The notes under the pieces were generated by a model. The model worked only from the letters and a program-made list of their open reading frames with translations, made no database searches and was not told the origin of the DNA. Positions 46,074-56,141 of a DNA stretch of 64,000 nucleotides are shown one piece after another (within the stretch, counting starts at the first letter, position 1; each line of letters starts with the position of its first letter). The DNA lies in the NCBI GenBank assembly GCA_017991975.1, contig JAGOPM010000001.1, forward strand, positions 463 to 64,462, written 5' to 3'. This DNA comes from Candidatus Parcubacteria bacterium. Its GTDB lineage: Bacteria; Patescibacteriota; Minisyncoccia; Minisyncoccales; JAGOPM01. Made by a program: the position numbers and the translations under genes.

Positions 46074-47102
46074 TTATTCTTCTGATAATGGCTTATTTAT
46101 TTTTTTTGTTTCAAAATCTGGAGCTGCTCCAGTTATTTTTGTAACATCTTTTTCAATTTTTGAAAAATCAGATTGAGCAAGGTTGAAAGCATTAACTGCT
46201 GTTTCTAAATTATTTCCAAGCCTTGAGAAATGCTCATCATAAGCTTGCAAATGATTCTTTAACTTTTCAACATTGGCAATTATTATCTTGGTAGATTGTT
46301 CAATTCTCAAGAATCTGAACCCTTGAGCAACAGTCTGCAAATAAGCATAAAAAGATGTTGGAGAAACTATATGCACTCTTTTCTCCCTTATGGCATATTC
46401 AATCAAATCTTTTGTATTGCTTTTAATGGAACCGACTTTGTTTATCAACAAATCATAATATATCGCTTCCGAAGGAATGAACATAAAAGCAAAATCAAAT
46501 GTTCCCTCTTGCGGCCTGATATATTGCGCAGTTTCATCTATCCTATTTTTCAAATCTTGTCTGAATAGTTTTTCCAGTTGTTCTCGCTTTGCCTCATCTT
46601 TTTCTTCGATAATTTTATTATAATTTTCAAGCGAGAATTTAGAATCTATTGGGATTATCTTATTCTTTTCCACAAATATCGCAGCATCAACTATTTTATC
46701 ATCCTTAAATTTATACTGCATCACAAAATTGCTAGGGGGAAGCACATTCTTTAAAATTTCCTCCAAATAATACTCTCCAAGGATGCCCCTTTGTTTGGTA
46801 TTCTTTAAAATATCCTCTAAAGATTGAAGTTGATTGGCAAATCCAGCTATCTGCTTGTTGGTTTCCTTCACAGTAGTTAATTCAGCAGTAATATCTTTTA
46901 TGACACTAGCGCTATAACGAAACTGTTCTTGAATATTCTTGTTTGATTCGCTTAATTTGCTGTCTAAAACCTGATTTAAACTATTCAATTGTTGCTGTAA
47001 AAGCACTGCTGATTCACTTTGAGGCTTTTGATTGTTCTTATAGTTAAAAACAATCAAAATTATTAGTGCTATTAGTACTAATATCAAGAGTATATCAGTC
47101 AT
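46074..47102 (-). CDS. rmuC: DNA recombination protein RmuC
   Basis: N-terminal TM helix, coiled coil, and a C-terminal RmuC nuclease-like region (FAFMFIPSEAIY...). Confidence 0.85.
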   Translation of the reverse strand: MTDILLILVLIALIILIVFNYKNNQKPQSESAVLLQQQLNSLNQVLDSKLSESNKNIQEQFRYSASVIKDITAELTTVKETNKQIAGFANQLQSLEDILKNTKQRGILGEYYLEEILKNVLPPSNFVMQYKFKDDKIVDAAIFVEKNKIIPIDSKFSLENYNKIIEEKDEAKREQLEKLFRQDLKNRIDETAQYIRPQEGTFDFAFMFIPSEAIYYDLLINKVGSIKSNTKDLIEYAIREKRVHIVSPTSFYAYLQTVAQGFRFLRIEQSTKIIIANVEKLKNHLQAYDEHFSRLGNNLETAVNAFNLAQSDFSKIEKDVTKITGAAPDFETKKINKPLSEE

Positions 47103-47150
47103 ATGTTAATACTACCATTTTTCCAGAATTTGGCAATACCGGCCTTTTTC

Positions 47151-48119
47151 TCATCCTCCATAAAAGACTTTCTCCATTTGGGCCTTCTTTTTGTTCATCC
47201 TATTCTTGATTTCTTTATCTAAAAAATTAGAGACTTTCCCATCCAAAATAGCCTCTGCTAAATTATATAAAAATACTGTTGCGTCATACCATCTTGCCGG
47301 CAAAAACATTATAAATTCTACAAATTTTGTACCAATACTCCCCAATCCATCTAAAACAAATTCCGCCACCCTATTCATACCCCTCTTTTCTTTATCTTTT
47401 GATTTTATTGTCTTGCTATCATTTAACTCATCACTGCTTTCCATTTTTACGGAATATTTTTCATCAAATTCCCTTATTTTCTCCCTTGTTTGTTCAGATT
47501 CATTTTTAAATTTCTCATTATCCATTTCCTTCCTTAATTCATTATCCCAGTTCTCTCCATATTTCTCCTTCAAATTTTCTATTCTTTCCGCCCAATCTTT
47601 TATTTCTTGTTCCTGACTTATTGATTTTTCCTCTTTAAATTTTTTAGAATATTTATCTAAATATTCCTCCAAGAAATCTTCTCTTGAAAATTTAGATACA
47701 TCTTGACCGCTCAATGATTTCTCAATCATTTCATCAGAAAATTTTTCTAATTCCCCTTTTCCTTCATCTCCAGATTCATTTATAACTTCATTGGGGAATT
47801 TCTGGTCCATATAAGTTTTTAAATACTGTTCTAAAAATTCCTCTCGAGGCTGTATCTCAACTTCATGAGACCTTTCCTTTTTTACTATTCCTTTTTCGGC
47901 AACGACATCATCTGCCCCCCATTCAGCATTAGGCCCAACATGATCATATTCTTTTGAGAGTTCTGATTTTAAGGACTCTAAAGCCTTGTCTTTTTCTTCT
48001 TGACTCATCGGCTCTACCTCCTCTTTTTTTTCTATAATTACATTCTCTTGATTAGGCTCGAGCTGTTTTTCAGTATTTTCATTTACATATTCTGGAAATT
48101 TTTCAGGATTATTTTCCAT
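47151..48119 (-). CDS. acidic Glu/Lys-rich hypothetical protein (322 aa)
   Basis: Low-complexity acidic sequence with a C-terminal amphipathic/hydrophobic segment. It starts 4 nt after the stop of the upstream ATPase gene (no overlap). Confidence 0.6.
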   Translation of the reverse strand: MENNPEKFPEYVNENTEKQLEPNQENVIIEKKEEVEPMSQEEKDKALESLKSELSKEYDHVGPNAEWGADDVVAEKGIVKKERSHEVEIQPREEFLEQYLKTYMDQKFPNEVINESGDEGKGELEKFSDEMIEKSLSGQDVSKFSREDFLEEYLDKYSKKFKEEKSISQEQEIKDWAERIENLKEKYGENWDNELRKEMDNEKFKNESEQTREKIREFDEKYSVKMESSDELNDSKTIKSKDKEKRGMNRVAEFVLDGLGSIGTKFVEFIMFLPARWYDATVFLYNLAEAILDGKVSNFLDKEIKNRMNKKKAQMEKVFYGG

Positions 48120-48122
48120 TTT

Positions 48123-50546
48123 TTAGAAATTCCATCTTTTACTTATTTCTGCCTCGACCTCTCTCTTATTTCTTGCATATTTAAGTTTAGAGATTTTCTT
48201 TATCGGATTTATTATAGAATCATTTCCCTTTCTTGGCTTAACAGTTTTCAATTTAAAAGGAGAAGAAACTTGGCCATCTATAATCATTTTCATCGCAAAA
48301 TAAAAATTATCAAGATTGGAAAGATCGTAAGCTGAAAAATCAGGAGCAAATTGGCTCTCTATAAACTTAGCGTCGTCAGGCCCGACTCGAAAGCTCGCGA
48401 TAGTACCGACATTTCCAAAAACAGCGTTCTTAATCGGATCTGACAATTGAGGTACATATTGATGCGCCAATATCAAATTAAGTTTGTATTTTCTAGCTTC
48501 TGACAATATTGTAGCAATATTTTCAGTAGTAAAATTATGGAATTCATCAATATATAAATAAAAATCTTTTCTTGATGCTTCTGGAATATTTGCTCTCTGC
48601 ATAGCAGCTATTTGCATTTTTGAAATTAAAATCAATCCGAGTAAAGAAGAATTCATCTCTCCAGTTCTTCCCTTGGAAAGATTAGCTAAAAATATTTTTC
48701 CATCATTCATTACTTTAGAAAGATTGAAACCTGATCTCGTCTGCCCAATGATATTCCTCATCATTTCATTCTCGATAAATCTGCCAACTTTGGAAACAAC
48801 ATAACCAAGCATGTCTGATTTTGTCTGCCCTGTTGTCTGACGCCATTCTCTTAACCAAAAACTTCTGACTAAAGGATCTGTAACACTCTGCAATCGTTTT
48901 TCCATAAATTCCTGATCAGTAAAAATTCTTGATATTTCCACCAAAGTTCCAGGATTATTCCTGTCTGCCATAAGCGCTAACATAGCATTTCTCATATAAT
49001 GTTCGAACATTGGACCGATGATTTCCGGAGGAAAAAGCTTTGAAAAAATCATTATCATTTCCGAAACTAAAAAATCTTTTTGATCGGGAGTTTCCCATTC
49101 AAGCATATTCAGTCCCATCGGATTCTCAGTATCAAAAGGTTCGAATAACACAATATCATCGACTCTTGATTTCGGAATATTTGCTAAAATATTCTCTATT
49201 AAATCTCCATGGGGATCAATCACCCCAACTCCTTTTCCATTAGCTATATCTTGGATTATCATCTCTTGCATTAACGACGTTTTACCAGTACCAGTTTGTC
49301 CGATAATATAAAAATGCCTTCTCCTATCCTGTTCGTTGGAAAAATAAACATCTTGTTCTTCGCCACGATAAATTGATTCGCCTATCAGAATCTGTCCTGT
49401 CTTAGGAAGGTTTTGAGGAGGAGCTATTTCTTTAGTTTTTACCCATTGCAAATTAGGGCTTTCAATATGCGCCAAAGGAAAATGATAAATACTGGCTAAT
49501 TCTTCTGCATTTAAAACTACTGTTTGATATCTATTAAAATTTCTAAAACAATAATCAAAAGAAAATTTTTTCATTTCAAAAGCCCTTACAGGTATGAATT
49601 TGAAATTATTTTCATTGGAATAAAATTGAGCAAAACTGCTTTCAATATTATGCAAAATATCTTCGGATCTTTCCCTGTCTTTAGCAACGCTAATAATTCT
49701 GACATTAACATCAAACTGAGCTTTTGACATTTTTTTTCTTATTAAATCTATCTGATTGTAATCAATAGTGCTGGGATTATAATATTGTCCTTGATTCTGA
49801 TCAAAAGCTTGTTGGCTTTCAGAAGAACTCTTAAGGGAAAAAAAATCTCCTATTAATCTTGTAGAAGAACTTCTCGCGTGGTTCCCGCCTTGATATTGTC
49901 CATTTGGATTCAAAATATTATCAATTTCCCTTTGGCCTCTTTCCCTAATGTTTGAAATAGTAGGTCTGGCAATAATTTGGATAGAACAGCCTTCTTCTGG
50001 TTTTATCCTGCTCATTGCATTAGTTATTGAAGCAATCGGATCTCCAGCTAAATCTTTATAAGTAGTCAAAGGCATTAAATCATTTTTTTCTAATTTCAAA
50101 AAAGAAGCGCTTATAAAAGATTTTGGTTCAAAAATAGTATAATCTTTAACAACTTTTTCAATTACAGCTCCAGGATAAACTCCTTGAATATATTTTTGCA
50201 ATCCGTCACTTAGTCTATTTGATATTGAAATGTAGAAAGCAATATCAGCATCCCCTACCTCAGAGGCAATTTCCAATGACACAGTAGGAGGATCGGAAAA
50301 AAAACTATGTTTTAAATCCTTATATCTTAAATATAAAAAATTAGAATAAACCTGTTCCATCAAGGCTATCAATTCTTTCTTATCTTTTTCAGAGCCATCT
50401 TTTTCATACCTAGGCATCTTCACTAAAAATAAAGTTTTATCAAGACTATCCTGCCATTTCATAATCCCGCTTTTTCTGAAATACCAAAAAATAGCCCAAA
50501 TGCCCAGAAAAAGAAATAATGAAACTATAAATCCAAAATCAAACAT
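48123..50546 (-). CDS. VirD4/TraG/TraD-like (T4SS coupling-protein-type) P-loop ATPase, membrane anchored
   Basis: N-terminal TM helix and about 400 aa of unknown domain. Then IIGQTGTGKTS (Walker A), GVIDPHGDL, LYIDEFHNF (Walker B) and ILAHQY. Confidence 0.8.
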   Translation of the reverse strand: MFDFGFIVSLFLFLGIWAIFWYFRKSGIMKWQDSLDKTLFLVKMPRYEKDGSEKDKKELIALMEQVYSNFLYLRYKDLKHSFFSDPPTVSLEIASEVGDADIAFYISISNRLSDGLQKYIQGVYPGAVIEKVVKDYTIFEPKSFISASFLKLEKNDLMPLTTYKDLAGDPIASITNAMSRIKPEEGCSIQIIARPTISNIRERGQREIDNILNPNGQYQGGNHARSSSTRLIGDFFSLKSSSESQQAFDQNQGQYYNPSTIDYNQIDLIRKKMSKAQFDVNVRIISVAKDRERSEDILHNIESSFAQFYSNENNFKFIPVRAFEMKKFSFDYCFRNFNRYQTVVLNAEELASIYHFPLAHIESPNLQWVKTKEIAPPQNLPKTGQILIGESIYRGEEQDVYFSNEQDRRRHFYIIGQTGTGKTSLMQEMIIQDIANGKGVGVIDPHGDLIENILANIPKSRVDDIVLFEPFDTENPMGLNMLEWETPDQKDFLVSEMIMIFSKLFPPEIIGPMFEHYMRNAMLALMADRNNPGTLVEISRIFTDQEFMEKRLQSVTDPLVRSFWLREWRQTTGQTKSDMLGYVVSKVGRFIENEMMRNIIGQTRSGFNLSKVMNDGKIFLANLSKGRTGEMNSSLLGLILISKMQIAAMQRANIPEASRKDFYLYIDEFHNFTTENIATILSEARKYKLNLILAHQYVPQLSDPIKNAVFGNVGTIASFRVGPDDAKFIESQFAPDFSAYDLSNLDNFYFAMKMIIDGQVSSPFKLKTVKPRKGNDSIINPIKKISKLKYARNKREVEAEISKRWNF

Positions 50547-50554
50547 AAATAAAT

Positions 50555-51142
50555 TTATTCCCTAAATCTTTTCCATAACCCTCCGACCGATAATAAATCA
50601 TGGACTAAATCGATAACATAAGGGTCTTCAATTTTTTTCAAAGCATTCATAGCCTTTCTAAAACCCTTATCTTCTGCAATCATTATAATCTTTTCAGCTT
50701 GCTTTCTGAAGTCTTCAGTTTTTACATCTTCGACTATCATATCCACTTCCTGTTTTTCATATTCTGGAGCATCAATCTTATCTATAATTCTTTCCATGGC
50801 TCTCTTATCTGCTTTTTCTTCATCAGTCAATTTCATAGGTCTTAATTCTCCAGAATCCCTGTCTTTAAAATATTCAATCACTTCCTCAATGGATTTAGTC
50901 TTCAAATCTTCAACATTTTCCGGCCTAGGCGCATAGTCTGTTTTCTCCAATTCTTGAATCTGAGTTTCATAATAGTCTTTATCTTTTTCAATACTCTTTT
51001 CTAAAGTTTCTCTATTTTCAAGAATCGTATTATTTAAATTATTGTTCTTTTCTTCGATTGGAATCTCTGGCTTTATTAATTCTTGATTCTGAATTTCTGA
51101 ATCTTGATTTTGATCTCCAATTATTTCTCTGTATTGGTCCAT
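50555..51142 (-). CDS. acidic hypothetical protein (195 aa)
   Basis: Glu/Asp/Lys-rich. No family recognised. Lies immediately upstream of the ATPase. Confidence 0.6.
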   Translation of the reverse strand: MDQYREIIGDQNQDSEIQNQELIKPEIPIEEKNNNLNNTILENRETLEKSIEKDKDYYETQIQELEKTDYAPRPENVEDLKTKSIEEVIEYFKDRDSGELRPMKLTDEEKADKRAMERIIDKIDAPEYEKQEVDMIVEDVKTEDFRKQAEKIIMIAEDKGFRKAMNALKKIEDPYVIDLVHDLLSVGGLWKRFRE

Positions 51143-51146
51143 AATT

Positions 51147-52106
51147 TTAATACATTATTATCTCTAAAAATATAAAAATAAAATATAAAAGCAATAAATA
51201 AACACCTTCTTTCTTGGTTATCTTCTGATCGGTCCTAATACATGTATAAAAAAGTATTATTGACATGACCAAGAATATTCTAGCCAGTACAAATGTCGAT
51301 AAACCATCAATATTTATAGGATGAATAATTGCCGCAATGCCTATAACTAATGTTGTACAAACAACAACGCCACCCATCAAATTACCCAATATCATCCATT
51401 CTTGCTTGCTTTTCGCCGCCTGTACCGAAAAGAATGTTTCTGGTAAACAATTGCCAACGCTTACAATCAATACTCCTATAATGCCTAAAGGTATTGCAAA
51501 ATTATCCGAAAAAGATATCGAAGAATCAACTATCCCTTTAGCTCCTAAAAGCAAAATAAATATCCCTAAAACCGCTAAAAGAAAATCTCTTATCAGTTCT
51601 GATTTTTTTATTATTTTTCTATTAGAACTTTGATCTAATGTAAATCTGTCCTTGTCTGAGAAAAGCCACGCTGAATAAATAAGATAGACAATTATCAAAA
51701 AAACTCCATCAAGCCTCGAAAGTGTTTTATCAAAAACCAATAATATTGGAAGCATTGTTGCAGCAATTGTAAATAAAACACTGGTGCTTACAGTTCTGCT
51801 TTTAGCTTCAATTCCTTTTTTCGATAATACTGCAGCTAATCCTAAGGCAAATGATAAATCAAAAATATTTCCTCCAATTACATCTCCATAGGAAAGCTCC
51901 GGAACGCCTCTTATTGCCGACATCACAGCAACAAAAAAATTAGGTATGCTAACCCCGAAAGCCATTAGGAAAAAAGCTAATATAAACTCTCTCCATTTTA
52001 AAAAAATCGCGATTCTGCCCAAAGCTTGAACAAGTATCTGGCTAGCCATATACATAGCAGCACAAGAAAGCAAAAACATCGGGACAGAAATTATTAAAGG
52101 CATCAT
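51147..52106 (-). CDS. Ca2+/cation antiporter (CaCA, YrbG-like)
   Basis: Two alpha-repeats: GDVIGGNIFDLS and GNCLPETF. Confidence 0.85.
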   Translation of the reverse strand: MMPLIISVPMFLLSCAAMYMASQILVQALGRIAIFLKWREFILAFFLMAFGVSIPNFFVAVMSAIRGVPELSYGDVIGGNIFDLSFALGLAAVLSKKGIEAKSRTVSTSVLFTIAATMLPILLVFDKTLSRLDGVFLIIVYLIYSAWLFSDKDRFTLDQSSNRKIIKKSELIRDFLLAVLGIFILLLGAKGIVDSSISFSDNFAIPLGIIGVLIVSVGNCLPETFFSVQAAKSKQEWMILGNLMGGVVVCTTLVIGIAAIIHPINIDGLSTFVLARIFLVMSIILFYTCIRTDQKITKKEGVYLLLLYFIFIFLEIIMY

Positions 52107-52118
52107 ATTTTCTATATT

Positions 52119-53261
52119 TTACCATTTAGAAAAGAAATTAACAATTTCATAAATCACACCTATCGCAAAAATCATCATAAAAAAATAAACAGAATTATCT
52201 CTCGGCTTTATTTTTTTATGCATCAACATTACAAGAACTCCCTCAGCTCCCATAAAAACTCCTCCAATGAAAGAAATAACTCCTAAAAAATTCTGAAAAC
52301 CTGACAAATAAAGACCTAAAGGTAGAAAAGAGCTCAATACCCATGATAGACCCTTGCTCAATTTCATATCGTAATTAAAAATTTTCTTCAATGTGAGCCC
52401 TATCGTTATAAAAGAAGTCAAAATAACAACAAACCCAAAAACCAAGGCAAACGATCCAAGCACAGGACCAAGTTTTGGCATAAAACAATCAAGCGACATT
52501 TCGGTTGTATTCTGTCCACAAATTGAAATGACTAAAAAAATAAAAAATGAATAGATTATGAAAGCTATTAAGAAAGAAAATAATATTACTGTATTAAAAA
52601 TTTTTTTTATATTCTCCGGCTTTTCTTTCCTCTCCTTCTTAGTTAAAAACATTTCTTCTATTTCAGGAATAACTGAAAGCCCTCCGTAAGAAAATAAAAC
52701 TGCTCCATATGGCAAAAACCACTTGATATTGCTTATTGGAATAAAAAGATTTGAAAAATTTATTTTTTCATATCCAAAATAAAATATTGCGAATAAAGAA
52801 ACAAAAAATATTATTAAACACCAAAAAGATATTTTTTCTATAAAACTTATTCCTTTCAAAATAGTAAAAGACACTATAAACCCAAAAATAACGACATAAA
52901 CAGACATTTCAGCAGGAAACCATTGGCTAAACAATCCTTTCATAAATGCGCCTCCGATTATCAAATAAGCGAGCAATGATCCAATAGACCCAAAGATTCC
53001 AACCACATAAGCTATCTTCTGACCTAAAAATCCTAAATGTATTTTTGCAAAGCTCGGGAAACGAAGATAGTCTGGAGTTTTAAAACTTACATCTCCAAAC
53101 ATTAGATGAATCTTAGCCGAGATAATTCCGAAAATAACTAAATAAGCAAACATTATCCAAACTCCTGTTTGCGAAGTAATATAAGGCAAGGCAAACATTC
53201 CAGCCCCGATTATTGTTCCGCTCAATACAGCAATAGCTTTTATGGTTTTTGGAATCCCCAT
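52119..53261 (-). CDS. amino-acid permease (aromatic amino acid/Aa_trans-like)
   Basis: 11-12 TM helices and N-terminal GTIIGAGMFALPY. Confidence 0.78.
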   Translation of the reverse strand: MGIPKTIKAIAVLSGTIIGAGMFALPYITSQTGVWIMFAYLVIFGIISAKIHLMFGDVSFKTPDYLRFPSFAKIHLGFLGQKIAYVVGIFGSIGSLLAYLIIGGAFMKGLFSQWFPAEMSVYVVIFGFIVSFTILKGISFIEKISFWCLIIFFVSLFAIFYFGYEKINFSNLFIPISNIKWFLPYGAVLFSYGGLSVIPEIEEMFLTKKERKEKPENIKKIFNTVILFSFLIAFIIYSFFIFLVISICGQNTTEMSLDCFMPKLGPVLGSFALVFGFVVILTSFITIGLTLKKIFNYDMKLSKGLSWVLSSFLPLGLYLSGFQNFLGVISFIGGVFMGAEGVLVMLMHKKIKPRDNSVYFFMMIFAIGVIYEIVNFFSKW

Positions 53262-53327
53262 ATTAGCTATATTTTAACAAATTTATATGATATTTTGATG
53301 TTAATAACTTTTCAGAGAAAAAGAGAA

Positions 53328-53403
53328 TGGCGCTGCTAACGAGAGTCGAACTCGTGTTACGCCCGTGAGAGGGGCGTGTCCTAGGCCACTAGACGATAGC
53401 AGC
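53328..53403 (-). tRNA. tRNA-Glu (anticodon CUC)
   Basis: Cloverleaf folded by hand. Acceptor GCTGCTA/TAGCAGC, D-loop AGTGGCCTA, anticodon loop CUCUCAC. CCA is encoded. Confidence 0.92.
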
Positions 53404-53448
53404 AAAGATAAAAAATCTTAATTGTTTTTTTTAAAAAAATCAATAAAA

Positions 53449-54096
53449 TCAATCGGCTCTATGATACTCTCTCAATCTCTCTGAAATCGCAACTAAATTG
53501 AAACCTAAATTCATAGCTACTAGAACTGCTGATAATATTGGATATATTTCTTGAATCGAATATCGTCCTTTTATCCAAAAAGGTATTGTATTGCCTTCAT
53601 GATTTATCTTGAAATTTAATTCTTGGCCATCATTTACTATATCGCTTGCATAAATAGTCCCTTTGTTTTCTATCGAGCAAGTTTTAATTATTTTCTCTCC
53701 TCTTTTTACATTTTCACTCAAAGAAATATTATCATTATTAAAAAATATCAAAGCATTGTTGGAAAGATTTTCCATCAAATATTCTACTTCTAATTCATTG
53801 CCAGTTTTCTCTTTCTGTTTGTTCCCATTAAAAACAACTATGGGCGATTCGATTCCAGAAAACATTTCAACTATTTTTCCATATTCTTTTTCTAAATCAA
53901 AAATATAAATCAAAATATCATTTGACAAAAAATCCAAAGCATTGGAAAATTCATTCGTTGAAAAAAAAGTTTTTACATTAAAATCGTCTTTAAGCAATTG
54001 ATAAAGTATCTCTGCGCACAATTTTGAATTATCTCCGGACAATAATACGGTTCTAAATTTTCTCATTTTATATAATAAACTGATAAATAATTTCAT
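53449..54096 (-). CDS. degenerate Mur-ligase central-domain remnant (215 aa)
   Basis: Sits where murE/murF follow ftsI. TVLLSGDNSKLCAE replaces the GxxGKT P-loop. The distal ...LSAVLVAMNLGFNL... is Mur-ligase-like. The N- and C-terminal domains are absent. Confidence 0.5.
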   Translation of the reverse strand: MKLFISLLYKMRKFRTVLLSGDNSKLCAEILYQLLKDDFNVKTFFSTNEFSNALDFLSNDILIYIFDLEKEYGKIVEMFSGIESPIVVFNGNKQKEKTGNELEVEYLMENLSNNALIFFNNDNISLSENVKRGEKIIKTCSIENKGTIYASDIVNDGQELNFKINHEGNTIPFWIKGRYSIQEIYPILSAVLVAMNLGFNLVAISERLREYHRAD

Positions 54097-54119
54097 GATC
54101 TTTATTGACTCGCCCCTTT

Positions 54120-55811
54120 TTAATCATCTCTCTGAGTAGGGATTTGCCAATAATCAAAAATATATTTTGCTAATTTTGAAAATATTGGAGCGGCTGAAAT
54201 TGATGCTTCTTTCACTCCTGGCTTGTCGAATTTTATGATAGCAACAAACTTTGGATCATAAGCTGGACCAAATCCGGCAAACGTTTGCCAAGTTTCAGAA
54301 TCAGTGTAACCGCCTCCCTTGGTCGGCATTTGAGCTGTTCCTGTTTTTCCAGCAACATAATATCCAGAAACTCTTGCTGCTTTTGAAAATCCTATTTCCG
54401 TAACACTATTAAGCATTTTTTTTATCAATTCCGAAGTTTGCTGATTTATAATATTTTCACTTAATACCTGGGGTAAAATTTCTTTTATTGTCCCATCTGG
54501 ATTTATAATCTTTTCCACTATATATGGCTTATATATCTTTCCTCCATTTGCCAAGGCGCAATAAGAAACAGCTAAACGCAAAGGCGTAATACTAATCCCT
54601 TGACCAAATGATACCGTTGCGATACTTGATTCTCTTCCAGCTCGTAAATCAGAACTTATTTTATCACTTACCTCTCCGGCTATGTCCACTCCTGTTTTTT
54701 CAAAAAAACCAAAATTTTCCAAATATTTTATATATACATTCTTAGGAACTTGTCTCGCAGCAAAAACAGCGCCTGTATTGATGGAATTTTCCAAAACTTT
54801 AGTCATCGTGCAAGTTCCATAAACCTTATCATTATAATTTTTAATCGTCCATCTATCTATTTTTAGATATCCCGAATCTTGATAAGTTGTGTCTGGAGTG
54901 ACTTTTTTCTCATTAAGCGCTATTGCCATTGTTATGGCTTTAAAAACAGAACCCGGCTCATAAAGCTTTTGCAAAGCTCCATTTTGGAATATTTCAAAAT
55001 TTTGACTGTATTTAGAATATTCATTTGGATCATATGATGGATAATCTGCTAATGCTATTATTTTACCTGAGTTAGGATCCATTACTATTATCTGCCCCTC
55101 TGTATAACCTATATTATCATAAACTTCTCTTAATAATTCTTCGGCTTTTTTTTGAATATTAATATCAACAGTCAATATTAAATCACTCCCTTGAATATTC
55201 TTGCCTTCCTGAGAAAAAAAATATCCTAATATTCCCTTTTCTTTTTTAACAAACTCTTCCTTCCCTCTTAAAGTATTATTATAATACCCCTGAATCCCAT
55301 ATTTTCCGTTTTGATCTTTATCTACAAAACCTAATAATGTTCCAGCAATATCTTTATATGGATAATAAGGGTATGTTTCATTCTTTAAATAAATCCCTTT
55401 TAATTGAGACTGTTCTATGAGCTCTTTTTCTTTGTCGCTTATTTTCTCTTTTAAAGGATAATATAAATTTTCCTTATTAGAGAATGCTGTTTTCAATTCT
55501 TCTATATCAAGACCCAATATCTGGGAAACCAATGAAGCGGTCTGATTATCATCCTGAATTTCCGCAGGAACAGCATAGCATTTAGCAAAAGCTCTATTCG
55601 AAACCAAAAGCGAAAGTTCGTCTTTATCATGGCAAAAAATCTTACCCCTGTTCCCCGAGACATCTTGGACAAGCTCCTGCTGGCCTTTCGCCAATACTTT
55701 ATATAATGATCCTTTTAAGATCTGAATAGAAAAAAGGCGCCAAGTTATAATTGCGCCTATACAGAAAAAAAACACTAATATTAAAATACTTTTCCACGAT
55801 CCAACTTTCAT
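54120..55811 (-). CDS. ftsI: class B penicillin-binding protein FtsI
   Basis: N-terminal TM anchor and transpeptidase motifs SVFK, SIN and KTGT. Confidence 0.9.
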   Translation of the reverse strand: MKVGSWKSILILVFFFCIGAIITWRLFSIQILKGSLYKVLAKGQQELVQDVSGNRGKIFCHDKDELSLLVSNRAFAKCYAVPAEIQDDNQTASLVSQILGLDIEELKTAFSNKENLYYPLKEKISDKEKELIEQSQLKGIYLKNETYPYYPYKDIAGTLLGFVDKDQNGKYGIQGYYNNTLRGKEEFVKKEKGILGYFFSQEGKNIQGSDLILTVDINIQKKAEELLREVYDNIGYTEGQIIVMDPNSGKIIALADYPSYDPNEYSKYSQNFEIFQNGALQKLYEPGSVFKAITMAIALNEKKVTPDTTYQDSGYLKIDRWTIKNYNDKVYGTCTMTKVLENSINTGAVFAARQVPKNVYIKYLENFGFFEKTGVDIAGEVSDKISSDLRAGRESSIATVSFGQGISITPLRLAVSYCALANGGKIYKPYIVEKIINPDGTIKEILPQVLSENIINQQTSELIKKMLNSVTEIGFSKAARVSGYYVAGKTGTAQMPTKGGGYTDSETWQTFAGFGPAYDPKFVAIIKFDKPGVKEASISAAPIFSKLAKYIFDYWQIPTQRDD

Positions 55812-55819
55812 AGCATATT

Positions 55820-56131
55820 TTAATTCTTATCAGATGCGACCTTATCGGTTTTTGCATCAATATATTCAATATTTCCGATTTTTTCGAAATTCATAGAGCT
55901 CGCTAGGTTATCAACATTCATTTGAGAATTATGAGCAGAAACTATCATTTCCATTTCCTGATTTTCCTGATTAAGCTTAGTAACTTGCGTTTCGTATTCT
56001 GGAATATAAAAACTCAAATGAGCAATTTTATTTGTTTGAACAATATATACTCCTGATAAAAAGAATAAAGATATTGTTTCTATTGCGACTATTTTTGATA
56101 AAAATGTTTTTCTACTGGCTCTTTTTTTCAT
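55820..56131 (-). CDS. FtsL-like bitopic division protein
   Basis: 103 aa with a TM helix plus coiled coil. Position is between rsmH and ftsI. Confidence 0.55.
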   Translation of the reverse strand: MKKRASRKTFLSKIVAIETISLFFLSGVYIVQTNKIAHLSFYIPEYETQVTKLNQENQEMEMIVSAHNSQMNVDNLASSMNFEKIGNIEYIDAKTDKVASDKN

Positions 56132-56141
56132 ATTTAGATGC

